Made by a program: the position numbers and the translations under genes
Notes under the pieces: generated by a model
Seen by the model: the letters and a program-made list of their open reading frames with translations, nothing else
Told to the model about the DNA's origin: nothing
Databases searched by the model: none
In this document: piece after piece, positions 23,701-32,884 of the stretch
Layout of the letters: each line of letters begins with the position of its first letter
How positions within the stretch are numbered: position 1 is the stretch's first letter
Assembly (NCBI GenBank): GCA_043750875.1
Contig: JAYVAQ010000479.1
Location: forward strand, 1 to 40,681
Source of the DNA: Rhodanobacteraceae bacterium
GTDB taxonomy: Bacteria; Pseudomonadota; Gammaproteobacteria; Xanthomonadales; SZUA-5
Direction of reading: 5' to 3'
Length of the DNA: 40,681 bases

Positions 23701-24710
23701 TCAGCGATGCGAATAAAATTTGGCAGGATTGGGTCGAGTACTTGCGCACCGCAGGCCATACGCTTGACGCGCTGCCATCATCGCTGCCCGCTGCCGTTGA
23801 ACGGCCCTGGTATTTGACGCTCATTTTAGTGCTAAGCGCCTGGTTCTCGGCGCTGTTTTTACTGTTCTTTGTTGCGCTCGCGCTTAGCCCTGATACCGCA
23901 GGTGCGGCGGGCGCAATTGCGATTTTTTTGTTGTCTGTTGCAGCGCTGCTTATGTATCAATTGCGCAGTATTTTTTTCTTGCAGCAGGTGGCATTTGCGC
24001 TCAGCTTGACGGCCCAAGGTTTGTTATGTTGGCCGATGTATGAATTTGCAGGCGAAAAGCAGCCGGGTTTGTTTTTTGCGCAGCTACTTGCACTGCAGCT
24101 GGCGCTGGCGATGTTGTTGCCGTATCGAACCCACCGCATTTTAAGTTTTTTGTTTGCCGCTTCCGCATGGATGTGTGTCGTGCGTTTTTGGCAATATGAT
24201 TGGGATGTTTTGATGCGTTCGATCAGCATCGCTGCCACCTACTTTCGCATGGGAGTCGCACTATTGCCGATACTGGCGTTGCTGGGCTTCGCACTAAAGT
24301 TCGAGTCGGATTGGATCGCCAAAGGCCGCGCAGCAGTTATGCGCCCTTTGACCCAGGCGCTAGTGATCGCCCTGGCATTGCTGCCCGGGTGGCTGTTTAT
24401 GCCGGTAGAAATTTTTAGCGCAACTCAGCATCGCAGTAGTGTCGTACCAGTCATAGGCATCCTTTGTGCACTAATGGCTGCCACAGCGGCGTATCGATTG
24501 CGCAGCCACTGGCTGATGGCGTTCGCTTTTATATGCGCATTTTTGAATTTGTTGAGCTTGTATTACGCGCTTGGCGAGAGCCTGCTGCAAAAATCCTTGT
24601 GGGCGGCGGTAATCGGGGTGCTGGCACTCATGCTGTCTTTCGCATTAGCGCGCGGCAGCCAGTCATTCACCTCGGAACCTGAAAGCGTGCAAAAAAAGGC
24701 GGCGGTATGA
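23697..24710 (+). CDS. Polytopic membrane protein, DUF4401-like
   Basis: The ATG at 23697 overlaps the upstream TGA (ATGA). The soluble N-terminus MISDANKIWQDWVEYLRTAGH is followed by about 9-10 TM helices. The ORF-track start at 23643 would overlap the previous gene by 58 nt. Confidence 0.6.
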   Translation: MISDANKIWQDWVEYLRTAGHTLDALPSSLPAAVERPWYLTLILVLSAWFSALFLLFFVALALSPDTAGAAGAIAIFLLSVAALLMYQLRSIFFLQQVAFALSLTAQGLLCWPMYEFAGEKQPGLFFAQLLALQLALAMLLPYRTHRILSFLFAASAWMCVVRFWQYDWDVLMRSISIAATYFRMGVALLPILALLGFALKFESDWIAKGRAAVMRPLTQALVIALALLPGWLFMPVEIFSATQHRSSVVPVIGILCALMAATAAYRLRSHWLMAFAFICAFLNLLSLYYALGESLLQKSLWAAVIGVLALMLSFALARGSQSFTSEPESVQKKAAV

Positions 24711-25192
24711 ACCTCAATTTGATGCGATTGAGCATTATTGCTGCCGGCTTGTTGGTGCTAGGGCAAGTGCATTATTTAATTGCCCACAAAGAAGGCATAC
24801 GCACCCACGGGCAGCTGATTTTTCTGGCGCTGGCACCGGTGGATCCTAGATCACTGATGCAGGGCGATTACATGACGCTGAACTTTGATTTGGCGCGCAC
24901 CTTAAGTGCCAACATGACCGACGCCCAGCGGCAATTGGGCGGAACATTCCGTGCACCATTGCAAATTGATCAGCGCGGTATTGCCGTGCTCGCTAAAACT
25001 GCAAATGCCGAGCCGGCGCTACGCTACAAATTGCGCGGTCAGCAGATTTGGTTGGGCACAAATGGTTATTTTTTTGAAGAAGGCAGTGCGAAAAAATTCG
25101 AGGCGGCGCGCTTTGGTGCGTTTCGCATGGACCGAAAAAGTGGCGAGGCGGTGTTGGTTGCGCTAGCAGATGAAAATCTAAATTTACTGTAG
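24707..25192 (+). CDS. GDYXXLXY-domain protein, membrane-anchored periplasmic
   Basis: It has an N-terminal TM anchor (LSIIAAGLLVLGQVHYLI). The motif PVDPRSLMQGDYMTLNF is GDYxxLxF, a variant of GDYXXLXY. The ATG overlaps the upstream TGA (ATGA at 24707..24710). Confidence 0.75.
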   Translation: MNLNLMRLSIIAAGLLVLGQVHYLIAHKEGIRTHGQLIFLALAPVDPRSLMQGDYMTLNFDLARTLSANMTDAQRQLGGTFRAPLQIDQRGIAVLAKTANAEPALRYKLRGQQIWLGTNGYFFEEGSAKKFEAARFGAFRMDRKSGEAVLVALADENLNLL

Positions 25193-25234
25193 TAGTGCCG
25201 CCGCATTGCAAATTTCTCGACCTCGATAACAAAT

Positions 25235-26437
25235 CTAGCCCAACTCAGCCTTCGCCAAACTAACTAAATGCACTTCATCTGGGCCGTCGGCCAAACGCAG
25301 TGAGCGCGCGGCAGCGTAGGCGTGCGCTAGGAAAGTATCTTGGCTAACACCCATGCCACCATGAATTTGTATCGCGCGATCAATGACTTTGCACGCCATT
25401 GATGGCGCAACAATCTTGATCATCGCGATTTCCTTTTTTGCAAGTTTCGCGCCGCCCGTATCGATCATCGCAGCGGCCTGCAAGGTCAGCAAACGCGCTT
25501 GATCAATCTCACAACGCGATCGCGCGATCGCTTCTTGCGCCATGCCGAGCGCAGAAATCGGTTTGCCAAAGGCAATGCGGCTACGCGCACGATTTACCGC
25601 CAATGCTAGTGCACGCTCAGCCAAACCAATCAAGCGCATGCAGTGATGAATTCGGCCCGGCCCTAAGCGCGCTTGCGCAATCTCAAAGCCCCGGCCTTCC
25701 CCCAAAAGCAGGTTGGATTTGGGCACTAGAACGTCATTGAAATGCACTTCGGCATGGCCATGTGGCGCATCGTCAAAGCCAAACACAGTGAGGGGCCGAA
25801 CAATTCGCACGCCGGGCGTATCCATCGGCACCAGCAACATCGATTGCCGTTGGTGCGCATGCGCTTCCGGGTTGGTTTGCCCCATGACGATCATAATTTG
25901 ACAGCGCGGATCGAGCGCGCCGCTGGTCCACCACTTTTTGCCATTCACCCGATAATGATCACCGTCTGCTTGCATCGTCAGGGCGATATTGGTGGCATCT
26001 GATGAAGCTACATCTGGCTCAGTCATCGCGAATGCCGAACGAATATCGCCGGCCAGCAATGGCGCTAGCCACTGTGCTTTTTGGGCGTCGGTGCCGAACA
26101 AATGCAGCACTTCCATATTGCCGGTATCAGGCGCTGCGCAGTTAAATGCCTCGGGCCCGAACAAACTTTGGCCCATAAGTTCGGCCATCGGCGCGTAGTC
26201 CAAGTTGCTTAAGCCTGAAACTGAGCCTAAAAAAAGGTTCCACAAGCCTGCTGCCTTGGCTTTGGCTTTTAATGCTTCCATCAATGGCGCAACCGCCCAG
26301 CGTGGATTCGGCGCTTGAATGAATGCGGCAAGTTCTGGCTCTGCTGGAAGCACTTGCGTGGCCATAAATTCGGCGACTTGCGCATGGATATCGGCAGCGC
26401 GCTTAGATTGGAAAAACAGCATATTTGGCAAGCTCAA
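25235..26437 (-). CDS. Acyl-CoA dehydrogenase family protein
   Basis: [16 protein letters not shown]...GKKWWTSGA...[21 protein letters not shown]...[10 protein letters not shown] are ACAD N, M and C domain signatures. Confidence 0.9.
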   Translation of the reverse strand: MSLPNMLFFQSKRAADIHAQVAEFMATQVLPAEPELAAFIQAPNPRWAVAPLMEALKAKAKAAGLWNLFLGSVSGLSNLDYAPMAELMGQSLFGPEAFNCAAPDTGNMEVLHLFGTDAQKAQWLAPLLAGDIRSAFAMTEPDVASSDATNIALTMQADGDHYRVNGKKWWTSGALDPRCQIMIVMGQTNPEAHAHQRQSMLLVPMDTPGVRIVRPLTVFGFDDAPHGHAEVHFNDVLVPKSNLLLGEGRGFEIAQARLGPGRIHHCMRLIGLAERALALAVNRARSRIAFGKPISALGMAQEAIARSRCEIDQARLLTLQAAAMIDTGGAKLAKKEIAMIKIVAPSMACKVIDRAIQIHGGMGVSQDTFLAHAYAAARSLRLADGPDEVHLVSLAKAELG

Positions 26438-26490
26438 AAAGTCGGTGGCAGGTAAATGTATTTACGCCGGAAAATCGCGCGTGGTTGAAG

Positions 26491-26511
26491 AAAAGCGTCT
26501 AGAACGCTTTT
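26491..26511. promoter_or_regulatory. 21-bp palindrome AAAAGCGT-CTAGA-ACGCTTTT between the divergent ACAD and lipoprotein genes; candidate operator
   Basis: It has perfect 8-bp arms and lies 54-74 nt upstream of the ACAD ATG (26437). A terminator makes no sense between divergent starts. A second palindrome, GTAAAT-GT-ATTTAC, lies at 26452..26465. Confidence 0.35.
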
Positions 26512-26669
26512 ATACAGGATGTTGCGCAACGCTGAATCGTGCTGATACAAGCAACTCAGCGCCCAACTTCTTGCGCTTGCAGGGCAGGAATGCCTGGCCT
26601 AGAGTTCTGCGGGCACTTGTCACTCCGCTTACACGTGTACTTATCGCTTGACTCACAAAGGATTTCCGT

Positions 26670-27608
26670 ATGTTAAAGAATAAACTTTCCCTGGCTTTAG
26701 GTGTGGTGTTAGCGCTCACCTTAAGCGCATGCGGTGGCGAGGAGCCTACCGCTACGGCAAAAGCGACCGGCATGATCGCAGCGCCAAAAGTTGCGCAAGT
26801 CGCCGCGGCGGTGTCCAGCAGCAGCATGGGCCCGGCGCAAGTCACGATGGAATTGGCGCACCTTGCAAAAATCAATGATCTAAAAGGCATGCTGACGCTA
26901 GCAATGCCCGCTGCGCAAATGAAAAAAATGGTCGATTCTTGGGAAGCCAAGCGCAAAGAGCCAATCAGCGAGAGCGACCGCAAAGAATTTGCCGATGGCA
27001 TTGCAAAGTTGATTGCGCCCGGCGCGATAGACGAGCTAATGGCATTAGCTGAGCCGGAAATGGCGGCGCTAAAGCCACAAATGGCCATGTATTCCGCGAT
27101 CGGTATTGGCATGGCGCAACAGGCGATTACGGCAAATGCAGACATGTCGGAATCACAAAAGAAACAAGCGACCGAAATGGTCGGCGCACTGCAAGGTTGG
27201 GCAACGAAAACTGATTTCACCGACCCGAATCGGCTTCGCAAGGCGCTTACCGAACTTGCCACGGGTGTGCGTGCGACTAACATCACTACCTTAGATCAAT
27301 TGCAGGGGCTGTCTTTCGATCAAATGTTGGGCAAGGGCGGTGTGCTATTTGGTTCTATGAAACGCGCATTCAACGCCTATGATTTGAACATGGATTCAAT
27401 GTTCAGCTCGGTAAAAGCGGAGCAGTTGAGTATGTCCGGGGATACTGCGGTGGTGAAAACCAGCATGACATTTTTAGGCCAGCCTATGACTTCGGAAACG
27501 CAAATGGTCAAATCAGACGGACGCTGGTATAGCAAAGACAGCATTGACGCATTGAAGAAGGCCGAATCGGCGATGGCCGAACGTGAAGAAGACAGCAAAG
27601 GCGGTTGA
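26670..27608 (+). CDS. Lipoprotein of unknown function
   Basis: MLKNKLSLALGVVLALTLSACGGEE is a signal peptide plus lipobox. The body is helical and Met/Ala/Lys-rich, with a beta-rich C-terminal ~70 aa. I recognise no family. Confidence 0.6.
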   Translation: MLKNKLSLALGVVLALTLSACGGEEPTATAKATGMIAAPKVAQVAAAVSSSSMGPAQVTMELAHLAKINDLKGMLTLAMPAAQMKKMVDSWEAKRKEPISESDRKEFADGIAKLIAPGAIDELMALAEPEMAALKPQMAMYSAIGIGMAQQAITANADMSESQKKQATEMVGALQGWATKTDFTDPNRLRKALTELATGVRATNITTLDQLQGLSFDQMLGKGGVLFGSMKRAFNAYDLNMDSMFSSVKAEQLSMSGDTAVVKTSMTFLGQPMTSETQMVKSDGRWYSKDSIDALKKAESAMAEREEDSKGG

Positions 27609-27622
27609 TATTCAGTTGCTAT

Positions 27623-27664
27623 AAAAAAAAGCGCGTTGATTGATTTCAACGCGCTTTTCTTTGA
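27623..27664. terminator. Bidirectional Rho-independent terminator between the lipoprotein gene and the convergent pilE
   Basis: The structure is A8, stem AAGCGCGTTGA, loop TTGATT, stem TCAACGCGCTT, then TTTCTTT. The 11-bp stem is flanked by A and T runs on both strands. Confidence 0.8.
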
Positions 27665-27759
27665 AGAAACTTCGTTTCTGCTTCGCAATTAGTCCGCCTT
27701 TGGCGGATTGCTACGCCAACAAAAACGTAGTAATTAAATTCTAGACGACCAAAATCAAA

Positions 27760-28191
27760 CTACCAGCATTTGCCATTAGTCTCATTACCACTAAAAGCCT
27801 TGTCGCCAGAGTCTGTCAGAGTTAGGTTGCCACATTTATCCACCGCCTGCGAAAGTTTTGGTGTCAGCGTAACCGTAAATGTTCGCCTATCGTCTGGTGA
27901 AACGTTCGTGGCATCGTAGTAACAATTTGTAGAAGACACAGCCGCACAACGGGCTGCGCTAAATCCTAATGTATCCCGGCCGGCCCCCGTCAATTCCCTC
28001 GCGTAACGATTGTAAGTTGCGAAATGGCGTTCCTGCGCTTGTGCAATCGTATTTGCCAATATTTGCCCCTCAACTCGCCTAGAACGCAGCACGTATTTTG
28101 AGTAGGCAGGTACAGCAATCGCTGCCAATATTGAAATGATTGCAACGACGGTTAACATTTCCATCAAAGTAAAACCAAGTGTCTTTCGCAC
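27760..28191 (-). CDS. pilE: Type IV pilin-like protein PilE
   Basis: The prepilin leader and class III signal read MRKTLG/FTLMEMLTVVAIISILAAIAVPAYSKY, with Glu at +5. There is a C-terminal Cys pair (DKCGN...NGKCW). It is the last gene of the minor-pilin operon. Confidence 0.85.
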   Translation of the reverse strand: MRKTLGFTLMEMLTVVAIISILAAIAVPAYSKYVLRSRRVEGQILANTIAQAQERHFATYNRYARELTGAGRDTLGFSAARCAAVSSTNCYYDATNVSPDDRRTFTVTLTPKLSQAVDKCGNLTLTDSGDKAFSGNETNGKCW

Positions 28192-28203
28192 AACCTGCCT
28201 CCT

Positions 28204-31200
28204 CTAGTTTCGGTCGTTTTGATCAAACGCCGGTAATTCGCGAGTCGAATGCCGCCGCCAAACATAATCAGGAATTGCAAGCGTGCTGATCGCTGACCCG
28301 GTTCCGGCGCCCGGCGGCGTAGGTAGCAAAATAGCACCTTGCCCACCGCCTGCTTGAGTAATGGGTGTTGCACCGGCAACAAATCCCGGAACCCGAATTC
28401 CTGAAATCAACTTATTGTCCGAGCCGTTGATCACGCCATCGCCATTAACATCAAATGCGGCTAGCTCAGCGCTAGAAGCGGCACCACCGTTAAGAGGATC
28501 TAAGAAATACAGCACGCTGGACGAATCATCAACGCAAGGATCGTTAGCCAGCAATGGATTAATCGTAGGAATAAACGTTGGAACAATTATTTTACGTGTC
28601 GACGCGAGAAATGAAGCTGCCGCAATAGCACGCTCGCCATTCGGACCTAAATCAAAATACCAACCTAACTTATTCGCTGGTATGGCGGCATCACCTGTCG
28701 TCAGCAATACTTTGCTACCCACCACAGATTCGGTGCGCGACTGTTGCACTAAATCAATTTGTTCCAACGGATACCCCGTGTAATTGGGGCCCGGATCATA
28801 AATGCCATACAGCGACTGTTGACTATTGTCACCGCGATCAGGCGTTGCAACATATCGACCTGTGCCGAAAACCACCACGGCCAAGTTTTGGCCCGTCACA
28901 GGATCGTATGAAGGTACGATGCGGGGCTGAGCGGTTATTTTTTGTACCGGCGTCACGCTTGGTGCCACGATAGGCGCTTGGAAAAACTTTTGAAATGTCC
29001 AAGAAGCCGCGCTAGTGGCTTCCAGATTAAAGCGCCACAAGTTGCCATTATCATCCCCAGCAAAAGCGACTTCGCTGACTTCGTCGAAGGATGGGACGCC
29101 TGAGTTATACGCTGCCCGCCCGGAAACCGCACCCGCCGCAAAAACGTAGTCACCTGCGATTACCGATGACAACCCGCGGGTGCCAGCACCTAAATCAAAT
29201 TTTCTCAATACACTGCCGTTACTCGCGTCAAGAACAAACATGACAGCGTTACCCGTACCTAATTTGGTATCGCGCCCGGAATCGTTATCTGAGGAATTAT
29301 AACCGCCTGGAACTAACACCACCCAACGGTTACTTGCTCTAACCCGAGTGATTAGCGGGCGCCCATAGGTATAGCCCAAATCTAAACCGAGGCCACCCAG
29401 GATAGAATCGTCATTGAACTCCCACAGCACTTTATTTGCCGCCCCGTTAGGGTTGGGATTGGTTACATCTAGGGCAAATATGCCTTGACCACCCAAACGC
29501 ATACTGCCAACCAACATAGTTCTCCAGGCGCCGTTGGTATAAACCTCTCGCATTGAAGGCGTATTATCGACGGAACTTTGGGTAAACAAGTTGAACTTGG
29601 ACGTCAGTCTAGAAAGATATCTAAAACCAGTATTAGGCACATAGGCCCAACGTTCTGCGCCAGTATTTGCGTCAAAAGCGTGCAGCATCCCATCGTTCGC
29701 ACCTACGTAAAGAGTCGGTGGACGATTTTTGATCGCGTCGGTATGCGCGATAAAGCTTGTCTTGTTCTCCAGGCCTCCGGGAAACAAAACCCGATTGGTT
29801 TTGGAATTTCTTGTCCAATATTCGTCGGCGGCACCAGCCAAAAATACCGCGTTGGAATTTACTACGGCACCCAATACAGACTCACGTGAACGCAGCAACA
29901 AGCCCTCTTCCGTCCTGACTCCGCGCAAAAATTCTAGGCGTTTCTCGCCACCTGTCTTTGTCTCTGGTGCAATCGGCGCTGGATCCGCTGCCCCTGTGTC
30001 CCAATTATAATTAAGCTGTGCTCTTTGGGCGAAGGTTAACTGATCCCACAAGAAGTCTACCCCGACAGCAGCCGTTCCCGTAGTGCCTGTGCTAGTGGCG
30101 GTATAAATTCTCCTACCCGTCATCGGATTGGGTGCGGTGAAAGTTCCAGCCGCAGTAGTACAAGCACCGCCGGTAAGTAAGCAGCCCGCGTCCCAAACAA
30201 CGGATAAATTACCCGAGTTGCTAAAGGTTGAGGCCTGTACGGAACCGGACCAAGCGCTTGCGTTAAAGAAGGTTCGATAGGCAAAAGTATTCGTTGAAAG
30301 CAAGCTCGCCGCTACCGAAACCGCCGAAACAGAAGCTGTGCGGGCGGAAATGGCCTGGAAAACAGAGTTCAACTGCTGCACAACTTCTTGCGGGTTACTA
30401 GCGGCCAACAACTCGCCCCGGCTATTCAACGCGGCGTGCCACGTGTCATCAACCTTATTCGATGGATCTGAGTTTTCGTTTCCTGACCAGTCGGTCCACA
30501 CTAAGGGCCCTTTGCGTAAGTTATTTAGATCGCCAGGAAAATTAAGCTGGCTTTGCAGCCCAAATGCGACAATGTACTGGACTACATGTTGCCATGTGGC
30601 AGGGTCGTTTTTCGGGTTCCAATAGACTTCAGGGTCATCAAGTGGGTTCTGCGGTAACGCGCGCGGTGTTACATCGGTAACTCCAATCGTGCGGTCATCA
30701 ATAAACGGCGTAACGTTGTTTTTTAAGTTAGATAAATCTGTGGCCCAGTAGTAGAAGGCACGATCAGCGTAACCATCGATTTGATTTTGGTTTGGCCCAT
30801 TCCAATACAGGCGGCTGTTCGGATCCGTCAAGCTGTAGGGTGGCCCAGGCGTTAACACATCTTGTGGGGCGGGTAATGGCAGCGGATTTTGCGACCATGT
30901 GGGTGGCAAAGTTCCAATTGCCGTCTGGTCGGTGTTTCGATTGTTATAAAGACCGATATCGTCTTTCCAGCCGCCATCGGTGAACAGCAAATGATAATTT
31001 TGCCGACAGCTAATCAGCGTCGCCGGGGACGAAGCGTTCCCGATCGCTAACCCTAAGTCAAGGTCGTAATAAGGATTACTCTCAACATAATCAGCGGTGG
31101 TACGCGTGAAATAATTGCCCACCCGATCCGTTGCAGTACGTGAAGGGGTGCCAGAGTTTGCAGGTACGTTGAAAAGATAGCTGTAAAAATTAGTTCGCTG

Positions 31201-32190
31201 GGTGTTGTCTTGAATTTTCTTTATGACAAAAGCATTAGTTAGCTGGGTGCCGGTGAGACCTTGCCAGCCGATACGCACATTGCGCGGCAGTTGGGAAAAA
31301 GCGCGGGTCGCGGCAGTTCTACCCATAATTTGCCGGGTGCGATAATAGCTCCACCAATTCGCGAAGTTGGTTTCTTGTGCGGCAGTTACAAGGAATGGCC
31401 CAAGATAGTTTGCCCGATTGTAGTTATTCCCCACATTGCCATAAAGTTGGGCAGTGGTAGGCTTAAAACGTTTTCCAGTCGTTGGATCAATTGGATTGGC
31501 GTTATTGTAGGTAAAGTAAAACGCACGCTTATTGTTCGGTGCTGGGAATAACTCTAGTCTCTCGCCGCCTTCGCCAGTAAAGGCCCGATTGGCACCGTCG
31601 CTGCATCGTTGGTAAGTTTGCGAGAACGAACAAGACGCCTGACTTGCTGCACCAAAAGTAATTAAATTACCGTTGGAGCCAGCATTGGTTCTTGGCGCGG
31701 GCTGGGCTGGAACACAAGCAGTAGGCGCAAATGGCGGTGCGGTACCGTAAATACTAACTGCATAATCGGTCGCTAAATTACGTTTTGGGCTGGTGGTAGT
31801 TTCCGTACCCGTTTTGTGTGCTAAAAAACCATCATAGTAGGCACCCGTGAATACCGCATCTGGAAATGTATTTCCGTTGGCGTAAATTGGCGGCGCATAA
31901 ATAACGAGCGGATCAAAAAACTGGTTATTAGATTCAGCAGCATAAAAGTGCGGTAAATCACGCCAGTAGCACTGGTTCGCAGCGTTGTTTCTAGGCAGAT
32001 AAGCGCCGCTGGTAATTTCATTGGGCGTACCACCCTCATTCATTGATCCTGAGTCGTCAAAACTCAAAATGATATTTGGATCAACCGGCGGGCGAACAAA
32101 TAAAGGCGAACGGCTCAATGGTATTATTTGGGCAAAAGCCAGCACACTAAAGCTGAGGCTGGCTAGGGCAATTAAATATTTGGCTTTCAT
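28204..32190 (-). CDS. pilY1: Type IV pilus tip-associated adhesin / biogenesis factor PilY1 (PilC family)
   Basis: 1328 aa. It has a signal peptide, an N-terminal DDSGS MIDAS-type motif (vWA-like) and C-terminal beta-propeller signatures (LYVGANDGMLHAFDANTGAERWAYVP, GDDNGNLWRF). An EF-hand-like loop DVNGDGVIN lies at 28426..28452. Confidence 0.9.
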   Translation of the reverse strand: MKAKYLIALASLSFSVLAFAQIIPLSRSPLFVRPPVDPNIILSFDDSGSMNEGGTPNEITSGAYLPRNNAANQCYWRDLPHFYAAESNNQFFDPLVIYAPPIYANGNTFPDAVFTGAYYDGFLAHKTGTETTTSPKRNLATDYAVSIYGTAPPFAPTACVPAQPAPRTNAGSNGNLITFGAASQASCSFSQTYQRCSDGANRAFTGEGGERLELFPAPNNKRAFYFTYNNANPIDPTTGKRFKPTTAQLYGNVGNNYNRANYLGPFLVTAAQETNFANWWSYYRTRQIMGRTAATRAFSQLPRNVRIGWQGLTGTQLTNAFVIKKIQDNTQRTNFYSYLFNVPANSGTPSRTATDRVGNYFTRTTADYVESNPYYDLDLGLAIGNASSPATLISCRQNYHLLFTDGGWKDDIGLYNNRNTDQTAIGTLPPTWSQNPLPLPAPQDVLTPGPPYSLTDPNSRLYWNGPNQNQIDGYADRAFYYWATDLSNLKNNVTPFIDDRTIGVTDVTPRALPQNPLDDPEVYWNPKNDPATWQHVVQYIVAFGLQSQLNFPGDLNNLRKGPLVWTDWSGNENSDPSNKVDDTWHAALNSRGELLAASNPQEVVQQLNSVFQAISARTASVSAVSVAASLLSTNTFAYRTFFNASAWSGSVQASTFSNSGNLSVVWDAGCLLTGGACTTAAGTFTAPNPMTGRRIYTATSTGTTGTAAVGVDFLWDQLTFAQRAQLNYNWDTGAADPAPIAPETKTGGEKRLEFLRGVRTEEGLLLRSRESVLGAVVNSNAVFLAGAADEYWTRNSKTNRVLFPGGLENKTSFIAHTDAIKNRPPTLYVGANDGMLHAFDANTGAERWAYVPNTGFRYLSRLTSKFNLFTQSSVDNTPSMREVYTNGAWRTMLVGSMRLGGQGIFALDVTNPNPNGAANKVLWEFNDDSILGGLGLDLGYTYGRPLITRVRASNRWVVLVPGGYNSSDNDSGRDTKLGTGNAVMFVLDASNGSVLRKFDLGAGTRGLSSVIAGDYVFAAGAVSGRAAYNSGVPSFDEVSEVAFAGDDNGNLWRFNLEATSAASWTFQKFFQAPIVAPSVTPVQKITAQPRIVPSYDPVTGQNLAVVVFGTGRYVATPDRGDNSQQSLYGIYDPGPNYTGYPLEQIDLVQQSRTESVVGSKVLLTTGDAAIPANKLGWYFDLGPNGERAIAAASFLASTRKIIVPTFIPTINPLLANDPCVDDSSSVLYFLDPLNGGAASSAELAAFDVNGDGVINGSDNKLISGIRVPGFVAGATPITQAGGGQGAILLPTPPGAGTGSAISTLAIPDYVWRRHSTRELPAFDQNDRN

Positions 32191-32207
32191 GTGAATGCTC
32201 CGTTTCC

Positions 32208-32831
32208 CTATCTGGAAACTAAAAAGAATGATTCAGCGGCGCGAACGTAATCATCGGTTCCACCTGTTGCACGTGAAGTAATTCGATACATATAAAGCTT
32301 GCCCTTGGCGCCACCCGTAGAGCTATTACCAGTATGCGTTTCAAGTAAGTTTTCCGTGCTTACAGAAATTGGCCCTTCTATGACATAAGCACCACTTTTA
32401 GATAACGTGCTTTTGTCATCTGCAATATTTTGAAATGGCGTAGAAATAAGTGCTGGCTGAAACGCGGCTGCCGCTACTGCCGCCCCCGGATAACCAGACC
32501 CAGTTCTGAAAGAACGCACTATCGGATTAGCGGGGACTGCTTCGTCACCGTCAAGCACTGCTAAGCCGTTAAAATCAACTTCACCGTTCGAGGCGACGAT
32601 GTTGTCGAATATTCTGGATTCGCCATTTCGCAATAAAGATTCGGACGATGATTCTGCTAAGGACTGATTTCGGAATGAGCCAGACATGCGTTCCTGCATC
32701 AACACATCACGCAGGCTACCCAAAACAAATAAAGTCAGAATAATCAAAAAAATTAAACCCACAATTAGTGCAACGCCTTTTGGTTGACGTAAATTGGGTT
32801 TTCTTGGCCGTGCTATGTGTAACTTGCTCAT
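32208..32831 (-). CDS. pilX: Minor pilin PilX
   Basis: The PilX_N-type N-terminus is QPKGVALIVGLIFLIILTLFVLGSLRDVLMQERMSG. Its position between pilW and pilY1 also fits. Confidence 0.7.
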   Translation of the reverse strand: MSKLHIARPRKPNLRQPKGVALIVGLIFLIILTLFVLGSLRDVLMQERMSGSFRNQSLAESSSESLLRNGESRIFDNIVASNGEVDFNGLAVLDGDEAVPANPIVRSFRTGSGYPGAAVAAAAFQPALISTPFQNIADDKSTLSKSGAYVIEGPISVSTENLLETHTGNSSTGGAKGKLYMYRITSRATGGTDDYVRAAESFFLVSR

Positions 32832-32884
32832 TTTGTCACCTTAAAAAACGTTGCCCATATCTCGAAAGATTGCAAAGCCTGCAA

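Noticed and set aside
23925-23985. T7 homopolymer tracts within the DUF4401-like gene, and similar A7/T7 runs elsewhere, as possible phase-variation switches.
   Set aside because: The tracts are short for slipped-strand switching, and similar runs occur throughout the window with no positional bias toward 5' ends.
26510-27286. A 258-aa minus-strand ORF overlapping the lipoprotein gene.
   Set aside because: It lies fully antisense to an ORF with a clean signal peptide and lipobox. Its translation is Ala/Ser/Cys-rich, with no recognisable motif, start context or RBS.
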